Source: Octopus bimaculoides
Lineage: Eukaryota
DNA: 64,000 bases
Reading direction: 5' to 3'
Assembly (NCBI RefSeq): GCF_001194135.2
Contig: NC_068991.1
Location: 75,281,683-75,345,682, forward strand
Position numbers and translations under genes: made by a program
Notes under the pieces: generated by a model
The model's input: the letters and a program-made list of their open reading frames with translations, nothing else
The model's database searches: none
Told to the model about the DNA's origin: nothing
Shown here: piece after piece, positions 52,775-63,673 of the stretch
Position numbering within the stretch: position 1 is the stretch's first letter
Layout: each line of letters opens with the position of its first letter

Positions 52775-52930
52775 AGCAGGCATGGCTGTGTGGTAAGAAG
52801 CTTGCTTCCTAACCACATGGTTCCCAGTTCAGTCCCACTGCAAAAACACCTTGGGCAAGTATCTTCTACTATAGTCTCAAGCCGACCAAAGCCTTGTGAG
52901 TGGATTTGGTAGACAGAAACTGAAAGAAGG
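52775..52930 (+). mobile_element. tRNA-derived SINE family B. Other copies: + about 619-775, 21900-22270, 26500-26950, 38450-38770, 45340-45700; - about 6761-6925, 32150-32320, 39870-40020, 44120-44440, 61100-61230
   Basis: gcaggcatggctgtgtggtaagaagcttgcttcc-aaccacatggttcc-gttcagtcccactg (tRNA-like head) followed by ccttgggcaagtgtcttctactatagc...gccttgtgagtggatttggtagac. Confidence 0.82.
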
Positions 52931-53175
52931 CGGTGAGCTGGCAGAGTGGTTAGCACGCCGGGCGAAATGCTTATCGGTATTTCGTCTGCCACTGCGTTCT
53001 GAGTTCAAATTCTGCCGAGGTCGACTTTGCCTTTCATCCTTTCGGGGTTGATAAATTAAGTACCAGTTACCCACTAGGGTCGATATAATCAACTTGATCC
53101 CTTTGTCTGTCCTTGTTTGTCCCCTCTATGTTTAGCCCCTTGTGGGCAATACAGAAATAAGAAACTGAACGAAGC

Positions 53176-53206
<31 letters not shown>

Positions 53207-56200
53207 GTGTATATGTTTGTGTGTCTGTGTTTGTCCCCCTCCCCCCACCATCACTTGACAGCTGGTGTTGTATTTACAAAGAATAAGTTCTGGGGTCGAT
53301 TCATTCAACTAAAGGCAGTGCTCCAGCATGGCGACAGTCAAAAGACTGAAACCAGTAAAAGATTTAAACAAAAAAGTGCTGAATAATTTTTGGCTTTTTG
53401 GTCTAATTTGCTAACTGATATAAGCGCAAACATAATTTCCCTTTCATTTCATGAATGGACGCTTAACAAGATGAAAGAGCATGTAGTAGTACGCAAGACA
53501 GTCATCCTTACTTTTGTTATTTGTTTGTTTTATGTGTGTTTGTTCGTTTTATTTCAGGTTATTAACTGTTGAGTTCTATTCATGAAGTACTCTATCTTTT
53601 CAAACAGCTCACCTTTCTATATATTTTCATCATTTTCTAGACCTTTATAATAGAATTTGATACAATTGTCATTGTTGTTATTATTGTGATGGAGATGGGA
53701 ACCTAGCAGTTTCATCAGCACCCTCACCAAAATGCTTAGTGGTGTTTATGTCTTTGGGTTTTGTGTTCTGAGTTCAAATGCTACTATGGTCAACTTTGCT
53801 TTCATTCTTTCGAGGCCGATTAAATAAGTACTAGTTCCCCTAAAATTTCAGTCCTATAGTAGAAAAGAATATTATCATTATGATGATGATGATCATGATA
53901 AGAATGGTGATGATGATATCATGATAAGGATGGTGAATGATGAACTTATTAGAATGTGAGCAAAATGCATTTCTGGCTCTTTTCATTCTGAGTTCAAAGG
54001 CATCCTTTTCTGGTTGATGATATAAGGTGCCAGTCAGGTTCTGGAGTTGGGGGAATAAACTAAACCCTTCATCGTAAAATTGCTGGATTTCTGCCTGAAG
54101 TAAAAACCATTATTATCATTATCATTATAATATTCATGTAATATTTTCATCATCGTCGTCATTGTTTAATGTCCACTTTCCATGCTGGCATGGGTTGAAC
54201 AATTTGACTGAGGACTAGAGAGCCAGAGGCTGCACCAGGCTCAATCTGATCTGGCAAGGTTTCTACAGTTGGATGCCCTTCTTAATGCCAACCACTCCAA
54301 GAGTGTAGTGGCTGCTTTTTACGTGCCACCGGCATAGGAGCCAGTCAGGGAGCACTGGCATCGGCCACATTCAGGAGGTGCTTTTTACGTGCCACCGGCA
54401 TAGGAGCCAGTCAGGGAGCACTGGCATCGGCCACATTCAGGAGGTGCTTTTTACGTGCCACNNNNNNNNNNNNNNNNNNNNNNNNNNNNNNNNNNNNNNN
54501 NNNNNNNNNNNNNNNNNNNNNNNNNNNNNNNNNNNNNNNNNNNNNNNNNNNNNNNNNNNNNNNNNNNNNNNNNNNNNNNNNNNNNNNNNNNNNNNNNNNN
54601 NNNNNNNNNNNNNNNNNNNNNNNNNNNNNNNNNNNNNNNNNNNNNNNNNNNNNNNNNNNNNNNNNNNNNNNNNNNNNNNNNNNNNNNNNNNNNNNNNNNN
54701 NNNNNNNNNNNNNNNNNNNNNNGGTACTAGCTTCGACCATACTCAGAAGGTGCTTTTTATGCACCACCAGCACGGGAGCCAATCCAGCGATGTTAACAAA
54801 TCCAATTTTTGTGATTTTTGTTACTGGTCCTTCCAATTCCATGAATTTTTTTTAAAGGATTTTTACCCATGCCCAGTTTCCAGGAACTCCACTCTCCTAG
54901 AATCTCCCCCACTGTCTCCTTCTCCCTCGGTCTCTTGAGCAGACCTGTCATTCACGTATCCCGCTATTCTCTGTCTTTAATTACGCTGTCATATGATAAA
55001 CTAACCACATTTCTGCCATCACATGCTTTACTTTCCTCTTCTATTTTTTACTCTCTAGTAAATTTGCACTCAGAAATTGCATAGTTTCTAGCAATGGTTA
55101 CTTCAATAATTGCTTCTGGATAGCATATTACTTTTTATCTACTAATCCCACCCCACTCACACTTAACCACCATGCACCCTCTTACACACATTTTGTGAGG
55201 CATTTTTTTTTCTTTTTTACATATATAATTGTATTCATCACAGTTATTATGATGAAATTGTGTTTCGGTTTCAGTGTGTATTTTATTTTCATGACATATT
55301 GGACTGCTGTAATCAAACTCGGTTATTGACTGTATTTCTGCAGTATATGAATATGCAATTGCCTTTTGCTCATTTCTTCATTTGATTTGTATTGGGTGAC
55401 AGACAAACGCACCAGAGAAATGCATGGTTCTGGGTGGGGAGGAGTGGAGTAGAGAGTATTTAAAAATGGATGTAGATTTTAATTTTTTTTTGTGTATGTG
55501 TGTGTTTTTCTAAATCCTTTCAATCAGGAGAGTATGCAGTGCTAATTACCCTATACAGGGACCCTGAGATTAGTGGGAGAGAGTTAAGGATGGGAGGGGG
55601 TGGGGTGGGGGTGGAAATCATCAGAGACATGGCTCAGTCTTTTCCAACTGAGTGGAGTATTTCTTTGTTGATTTTACCAACAATGAGATTCAGAATTTTT
55701 ATAAGGTTTTCCCCCCATTACCCTGGTGGGGCTGGGGTTTTGTCTTTAGAAATATTTCATTATGTTAATACATTATTATCATCTTTAGTATGTAAGGTGG
55801 TGAGCTGGCAGAATTGGTACAGGCTGGATGAAATGCTTTGCGATATTTCACCTGTTGCTACGTTCTGAGTTCAAATTCTGCTGAGGTCGACTTTGCCTTT
55901 CATCCTTTCGGGTCGATAAAATGAGTACCAGTTTTAAGGCAGCGAGCTGGCAAAAACATTAGCACACCAGGCAAAATGCTTAGCGATATTTCGTCTGTCT
56001 TTACATTCTGAGTTCAAATTCCACTGAGCTCTTCTTTGTCTTTCATCCTCACGGGATCGATAAAATAAGTACCAGTTGCATACTTGGGGGTTGAGGTAAT
56101 TGTCTAACTAACCCAACAGCTCAGAATTGCTGGCCTCAGGCCTACATTAGGAATTAAATTGTAGGAGACTTGGCCATTATTGATAATAGGTGAAGGTTCT

Positions 56201-58166
56201 GTTGTCGGCTTTGCAAGATTAAGACGGTATGAAAGAAGTGAGGAAGAAGTGTTGGCTGAGATTGTACCTGTGTTAAGAGTGTATGATTAAAGGTGATGAA
56301 AAACAGGCAATTAATGTAGACAAGGAGATTGAATTAAGTCCATGAAGTTCACTAGTAGAAAGCTAAAATTTAAGGTTAAAAATAAACTTATTACACATAG
56401 CCAAATTTTTCTCAGAGCTATGAAAATTGCCTTGGCTATATGAGGCGCCAAATATTTCAAAAATTTCCTTGAAAGCACTATTATTTAAGGTTTGTGTGTG
56501 TGTTCATGCATGTACTTTTTTGTGTTATTTGAAATTTCCATTAGATTCTCCAATGTATTTGCTAACTTAGCTAGTCTTCTTTTGATCTAGAGTTTCCCCT
56601 TTATGACCTCTGGAAATGTTCAATGTTGTATCTTGAAGCAAATTTTGGCAACTACCAGTTTCTTCAGCGCCTTTGTTTGTCTCTATTTTAGTGTTATTGG
56701 TTTTCTATTTTGTTGCAATTGAGCAACATAAACTACAATTCCAAATCTATTAATTCAAATTTTGGTATTCCTGTCGGGAATAATTTATGAAACAACTGTT
56801 GACAAGGCAATTTAGTCCCACAAGCAACATTAGTGTATGTATGTTTGAGCCTGTATGTATGAGTAATTGTGTGTGAATGCAAAACATGTATGCATGCATA
56901 TGTACATACATACATGTGTTTAACATGTTGTTTCTTTATATTTTACAGCTTTGAGCCAAGTCTTTCCATTAGAATTCTTACCATTTCCATTTATTTTTCT
57001 TAAATGAATACACGTGCTAAATATCTTCTGATTTTCTTTTACTCACATTTTTTTATCTCTTCACATGATTTTCTGAGTTTTTATTGATATTATTCTGTGG
57101 GGTTTGGTCTCTTTCTCATAGCTTTTCTTTACCTTTTTCATTTATTTTTTTTATCCGGTTTTGCAATATCTGTAATAAAGGCTTTCCCAGGTTGGACTGA
57201 ATCCTTAGCATTTATCTTCTGGATTTTATTTCTCACACTTTAAATAACTTCCTTGGATTTCTTGCTTTCATTCTTCCTCTCAAAAGTCCCCTACACTCAA
57301 AATGGAAGTGTATTCATAAACTGCTACATTTCCAGACAATTCTTTGAGCTCTTTAATTACTGACTGATGAATCTTACATCAAATAATTTTCATAATAATT
57401 TAAATAGATTCTGATTTTTAAAATCTTTATTCTTTCTTATCAACTCCAGTATGCAATATTAATCCTTTAAATAATTCATCAACAACTTCTGTTTCATATG
57501 TGCATGTATACACACACACACACACACACACACTCCTCTAACCACTTTTGCACTCTCCTTTTTTATTTTTCTTCTATATTTTTCTTTTTGATGAAGGACT
57601 AGTGTCCAAAACGTCAAGACATTTTCCTTTCCTTTTAAGCATTGGACTACTTCAAAATATGTTAAAAGCTAGTCTCTCTCCTCTGTTGTCTCCTTTCTTG
57701 TTTATCATCACTGATTTCATAATATATTCCATATCTACTTGTATATAAGTCACACTGTTTTATGCTTGATTTTAACTGAAAATCTTAAATGCAACACATA
57801 CTCAAGTATATATAATGTGTATGTGTGTTTCTGTGTGTATACACACACAGAAACACCATATCTGCTTGAGCGTAAGTAGCACCCCAGTCATGTAACGACA
57901 TCTGTGCTTTTTTTTTTTCCTTCTCTCTAGACCTTTGTTCTTTCTGATGAAGAGCCATGCTTCAAATGTCACGGCTCCTCTTCTTGCCATCTTAAACAGA
58001 GCATCAACATAAATACATTCGCTGTCAAATTTCGCCAAGGTCAACTTTGCCTTTCATCCTTTTGGGGTTGACAAATTAAGTACCAGTTGTGTACTGGGGT
58101 TGAAAAGAAATAATACATTCATTGTGTACATCTTTTTGACTTTAGTTGTTTTTGTTTTCAGTTTTG

Positions 58167-58214
<48 letters not shown>

Positions 58215-58285
58215 CAAAACGTAACCACATATGAATCATTGGCGATTTTTTTCCCTTGTCTTCCTTCTCTACTGGACTTTCTTCT

Positions 58286-58320
58286 GTTTCTGAAGAAGAG
58301 CTTTGCTCGAAACATAAAAC
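58286..58320 (+). ncRNA. Second-family minimal hammerhead-like motif, probably inactivated
   Basis: GTTT-CTGAAGA-A-GAGC(TTT)GCTC-GAAACATA-AAAC. Stem I GTTT/AAAC and stem II GAGC/GCTC are present, but ACAT replaces the ACGT helix III. Confidence 0.45.
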
Positions 58321-58447
58321 CACCCTTCTCTCCTTCCCTGAGCATCTGCTAAAACTTAACATGTACCATGTCCTCGCGTTGTTGTTGTTTTCTTTTTTTG
58401 CTTGTTCTTCGTTTTTTGGGATTTATTATATATATACATATAAATTA

Positions 58448-58644
58448 GTGTACATTTAAGTACAAAGAGGTGAAACCTTAACAGGTTGCCTAACATACTA
58501 GAAAGAACAGTCAGAAAGTCCAAACCACAGGTTTTTTCATTCCCTTCGAAATTGCTCTTAAGTGTTGTTTGAACTCTTTGTCTGTTCTTTCTAGTGTGTT
58601 AGGCAACCTGTTAAGGTTTTGCCTCTTTGTACTTAAATGTACAC
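58448..58644. mobile_element. Foldback MITE (arms about 75 nt), possibly Tc1/mariner-type with TA flanks
   Basis: gtgtacatttaagtacaaagagg...aaccttaacaggttgcctaacatactagaaagaacag pairs with ctgttctttctagtgtgttaggcaacctgttaagg...cctctttgtacttaaatgtacac. Confidence 0.8.
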
Positions 58645-58695
58645 AAATTTTTATATGAAAAATATGTCTGTTGACTTTGTATACATACATACATA

Positions 58696-58728
<33 letters not shown>

Positions 58729-59030
58729 NNNNNNNNNNNNNNNNNNNNNNNNNNNNNNNNNNNNNNNNNNNNNNNNNNNNNNNNNNNNNNNNNNNNNNNN
58801 NNNNNNNNNNNNNNNNNNNNNNNNNNNNNNNNNNNNNNNNNNNNNNNNNNNNNNNNNNNNNNNNNNNNNNNNNNNNNNNNNNNNNNNNNNNNNNNNNNNN
58901 NNNNNNNNNNNNNNNNNNNNNNNNNNNNNNNNNNNNNNNNAAATATGAAGTACAGCGTGATCATAATAAATTTTGCATCATTTTAACACTAAGAATATAG
59001 GCTTTGAACTTTCTACTTTATTTATTTCAG

Positions 59031-59159
59031 GTTGACTGGATAACAATGAATTTTGTACCATTTTCTGAGAAGACTATTGAAATGGTCATCGAATTATATC
59101 GGAACACTGCCAAACACCCTGCTGTCATACAAGCCCATGTTCTTCAACATATAATAAAG
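59031..59159 (+). CDS. MON2: MON2 (Golgi/endosome trafficking protein, Sec7/BIG-related) internal coding exon, 129 nt, phase 0-0
   Basis: Acceptor ttctactttatttatttcag|GTT and donor AAG|gtttgt. Translates VDWITMNFVPFSEKTIEMVIELYRNTAKHPAVIQAHVLQHIIK, aligning ungapped to human MON2 [43 protein letters not shown] (human sequence recalled from memory). Not in the ORF track. Confidence 0.95.
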
Positions 59160-59367
59160 GTTTGTACCTAAGTGTATTGTTTTTTTTTTTTGTCTCCTTT
59201 CTCTTTTCTTTTTTTTTTCTTTTTGTAAATCTAAGTTATACTGATAACTATCAAAAGATTTTCTTCATTTCCTTTATATCCTGTGTCATGTTTTAACAAT
59301 ATTGGAATGAAGGTCATAGAGATGAACCTGATTGCTATCCAATTAGTTTTGAGAGAGCTGATTCATT

Positions 59368-59740
59368 TTGACTTCTGCCTTAGCGAAGGCGGAGGCATTG
59401 TTTTCAGTTATGTTTGTTTGTTTGCTTATTTGTCTGTGGACAAGAAATCTCAAGAACTGCTGGATAGATTTGGATGAAACTTTCAAGGATGTTTGGCCTC
59501 ATGACCGATACGAACTGATTAGATTTTAGAATCGATCCAGTACTGGACAAGGACTCTGGATTATTTTTCCTGTTTTTTTACTTGATTTTTGAGAGCAGTC
59601 GGGTTCATTTTTAGTATTCTCGTTTGTGAGAGCAGTCGAGTTTATTTCAGATATTCTCATTTTAAAAATCATCTCCAGCTTATCATTGAGAGGACATTGG
59701 TGTTGCCTTGGCGGAGGTTTGCGCTCTCTGAGTGCTCTTA
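59368..59740 (+). mobile_element. HINE/DINE-1-like (non-autonomous Helentron-type) element in the intron between the two MON2 exons
   Basis: 5' hairpin cttctgcctt-agcg-aaggcggag, a (gttt)n-like tract, a 3' subterminal repeat ggcggaggt complementary to the 5' end, a 3' hairpin gcgctc-tct-gagtgc and T-rich flanks. Confidence 0.6.
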
Positions 59741-60229
59741 TTATATATTAATATTGTTATGTTACAGGTAATGGGTTCTTCAAAGTCGTAATAAGGGTTT
59801 AGTTTAGTTTACTGTGGGTTTGATTTAAGCTTCAACTATTGAATAACAACCATTTTCCTTGTGACTCTGCTACCTTCTAAGTAGACATTCCATTATGGCA
59901 CTGACATTGGCATTTTGAACCATAAGTTAATAATCACAACCATTAGTTAGAAGTCTCGTATATGAACCACTTTTACCTGTAAAACATTATGCTGTTCATA
60001 TTATACAACCACCATCATAAACTGCTGTAAAAGTTTTATGTATAGATCCATTTATATTGTCATGTGCATGGCATTTATAGGAAATAGTAAAATTGTATAG
60101 AAATTAAAATCATGTTTGCTGATTTCCAACAGAAATATTCGTGTTATGTAATGTCTTGAATGCTCACCTTTACTTTCTAAGTAGTAAGTTTTATTGATTG
60201 ACTTTTTTTTTTTGCTTTAATTTTTGCAG

Positions 60230-60347
60230 GCATTCAGATTACCTCTTGGACTAAAGTATGGCTGCCCATCACCAACTACTTGGATGTTGTCTATAAATGC
60301 TCTCCTTACAATTCTTAACATTGGTTTACCAGTTGCTAGAAAACACG
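60230..60347 (+). CDS. MON2: MON2 internal coding exon, 118 nt, phase 0-1, immediately following the previous exon
   Basis: Acceptor tttgctttaatttttgcag|GCA and donor CACG|gtaaga. Translates AFRLPLGLKYGCPSPTTWMLSINALLTILNIGLPVARKH(G), matching human [39 protein letters not shown]. In frame with the 59031-59159 exon across a 1070-nt intron. Lies inside track ORF 60224..60553. Confidence 0.95.
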
Positions 60348-60829
60348 GTAAGAGTTTGTATTTTGACTGTCTTTTTAGTCTTTCTGGCCATAAGATCATC
60401 GTCATCATCATCACTATCATCATCATCATCAGCATCATTATAATTTTCTCTCTTTCTGATAAGAAACAGTTCATAAAAAATGGGGTTTTTTTTCTATGTG
60501 TATGTGTGTGTGTAACTAATCAGTTGCCTGTAAGTTTTACATTCTATTTCTAAAGAAGAAATTCCCTGAACTATTCACACACAACACACGGTGATGTGTA
60601 AATGAATTCATCATCATAATCATCATCACCACTATGATCTTCAAGTTACGTAAAGAAAAAAGAAAAGAAAGAAAACTTCTCACTGAAACAGCCTGCATAA
60701 TAATCTACACATGACCTTCACTACCATATGGATTGGGTGCATATTAAATGCTTCCTTCAAAGGGATGGTAGAAGATATGGTCATATTATTCAAAGGGATA
60801 GTAGAGGATATGGTCATATTATTCAAAGG

Positions 60830-61060
60830 TAGTGAGCTGGCAGAATCGTTAGCATGCCGGGCAAAATGCTTAGACGTAGTTTGTCTGCCGTTATGTTCTG
60901 AGTTCAAATTCCACCGAGGTCGACTTTGCCTTTCATCTTTTGGGATCGATTAAATAAGTACCAGTTATGCATTGGGGTCAATGTAATCAACTTAATCCCC
61001 CTGTCTGTCCTTGTTTGTCTCCTCTATGTTTAGCCTCCTGTGGGAAATAAAGAAATAAAT
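60830..61060 (+). mobile_element. tRNA-derived SINE family A. Other copies: + about 18350-18510, 30995-31410 (dimer), 44465-44680, 48900-49050, 52930-53160, 55795-56150 (dimer), 58020-58105; - about 15880-16110, 20260-20465, 23480-23670, 28320-28680, 43670-43905
   Basis: A-box-like gagctggcagaatcg, B-box-like gagttcaaattcc, and a conserved body ccgaggtcgactttgcctttcatcctttcggggtcgataaattaagtaccag repeated many times. Confidence 0.85.
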
Positions 61061-63673
61061 CTTATTAAAAAACCTTAAAAGCCTTTAGTCCACTTTAATC
61101 CACTTAAAAGCCTTTAGTCAGCCTAGGGTTGTAATAGAAAACACTTACCCAGTATACCATGTAATTGGGCTGCACTTAAACCCTTGTGGTTGAGAAGCAA
61201 ACTTCTTACCATGCAGCCATGTCTCTGCCTAACAACTGCCCCCGAATATTAACTCACAAAAGACAAAGAACTTCAATCCGTTTTTCTTTCAATTTCTTTC
61301 CATATTCAAGTGTTCCTTCCATTTTCTAAATTCCATTATTTCAAAGAGAAATTTAGTCAAATTAATCACCTCCACCCAGCCCTCTTATACACACTCGCTC
61401 GATCTATTATGCTTATTTTATTTAAAATTTTTTTTTTTTTTACAAATTTTTCAAAAAATAACTTCTGTAACTCTTTGTATAAGCACATGAAATTCATTGT
61501 TTCAGTCAATGTATAGCCTGTGTAGAAGATACATATATATATATATATANNNNNNNNNNNNNNNNNNNNNNNNNNNNNNNNNNNNNNNNNNNNNNNNNNN
61601 NNNNNNNNNNNNNNNNNNNNNNNNNNNNNNNNNNNNATATATATATGAAATTTAATGTTTTATTTAATATTTTGCACCATTGTATCATAGCTACATATAT
61701 TGTGTTGTTCAGTGGATAAGTGGAATATTGCTGAGGGGGAGGAAGACAACAAGGAACTACAGAGAATAGTGTATGTTGAGCCAGTGGTAGATGGTGCTAA
61801 GAGGGGGATAGGATAAGATGGCTGAAGTAGAATGAAAGTGGCTGGGATGATGGAAATGGAAGTAGAGAATAAAATATATCGATTATAGTGCAAATCTATA
61901 ATATATAGGAGGGAGGGCAGATCTCAACTTATTTAAGTAAAAATGTTTTAACTTGCCAAAAGTGAAGAGGAAAATGATTTCCTTCTGAGAGAATGAAAGA
62001 ATTTCCCTTGAAAAGGAAATTGTTAGGGAATGAAAGTATTCAATGATAAGAGTGAAATATTGAAGCTAAAGCTGCAAGGTGTTTAGATATTTAAAGATTA
62101 AAGGCTGTCAAGGTATTGATTCTGTATTACGTCTCATATTTGTCTTGGATAGACTCCAGTCTTATGTTTGATATCTGGTACTTCTCGTTTGGTTTCTTCA
62201 ATTCTGTTCCTGATGCTATCAGTTCAAAACTGATAACATCAACTTCCAATTGACTGCTCTTTCCTCAGTTTTGAAACCATATAGTAAGCATTGGTGTCAG
62301 TGATTTTCATTATCTGTTCGAACTCTCTGTCATCCTTCCAGCTGGGGCATTGTAGATAGAAGGCTTTTTTGTCTCTCCCGTCATCAACATACTGAGTCCA
62401 AATGCTGTCTTTCACACACTGGCTTCATTGGCATCTCAGAATGCCACTCTATGTCACTTCAATGTAGTGACAAATCACCAGAAGGTCACCAGCTTCCTCA
62501 TCTAGCAACAAGACAAATTCATTAAAGTTTACAAAATTATCACAAACTGATACAAATGTTAATGCTTGAACAAACTTGATAATGAGTCAATTTCTTGGAT
62601 AATGATATCAACACTGTTTCCCTTAGCACCGGTTTTTGTTTCTACAAACATTGTCGGAAACGGAATAAAAGCATCTGTAAATGTTTGTGAAATGTCAAGT
62701 ATCCATTGAACCTTTTTTGTTTTAGCAGTGCTAATTTTAAAGAAAGCTGAACTATATGCTTTCTGCTTAAGAACAGAAATCAATTTTAGCATCGGAGGTT
62801 GGAACTTCAGCACGGAGACCAGTGTTTTTCATCCTAATCAAAAATCAACCACATTTTCAATGTTTTTAAACATTGGAGGAGATTATTAATACACCAATTT
62901 TAACTGTTGTTTGTGCTTCCTCAGGCGGCATTGGTTTATGGTTTCCCTCTACAGATAAGTACCATTAGTCTTTGTCAAGTAGACAAGCTGAATGGAAATC
63001 AATTATACTCTTAAAAGATTTTGATTTTACTTTTATTTTTTATTGTATTTTTTTTCTGGAATTGTCAGCATTTTTCTCAATTTTCAGATAATCTAATTCC
63101 AATGTAATTTTAGGGAAATTTTGATAAGCTAGTGCAAAGCAAAGTTGTTGGTTTCGTATTTTATTGCTAAACATTGCGTGATGCTTCTCATATTAACGTG
63201 TTAGACAACTGACCACAAGGCCATGAATTCAAATTTTGTTACAGCCAGCATATTGTTTCCACATTCTTTATATTGCCCGGTTGAAAATAAATTCCAATTA
63301 TTCGACAGATTTGAGTTTAGCAGAAAGAAGAGTCTCAAACTATATGGAAACTGAAATAAATGTCTATCAAGCATCCAAATTTCATAAAACCATTCTTCTT
63401 CCTGTATTCGTTCTGAAAATAGACATTTTACATTCTTAAAATTTATTAATAATTCTCTATGTTCACTTGAAAGGCTGATTACAAACTGATCATTGTAATC
63501 ATTATCATCATTTTACATCTGCTTTCCTTGCTGGTATGAGTTGAACTGGTCATCATAGACCACATCAATTCTTATTCAGAATTGATGTGGTCTATAATGA
63601 ATGCCAAACAGTATAGCATGTCATTTCCAAATTTCTGGCAGAGTGAATTGTGTCATGGTGCTGTTTTTCTCAC

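Noticed and set aside
56940-57005. FTALSQVFP resembling MON2 LTALIQIFP; also KFEFSCNP at about 52529
   Set aside because: Short matches bounded by in-frame stops, with no extension and no donor.
4933-58320. Idea that intact hammerheads are purged specifically from the MON2 sense strand
   Set aside because: Damaged copies occur on both strands, one near-intact copy is on the + strand, and the sample is too small.
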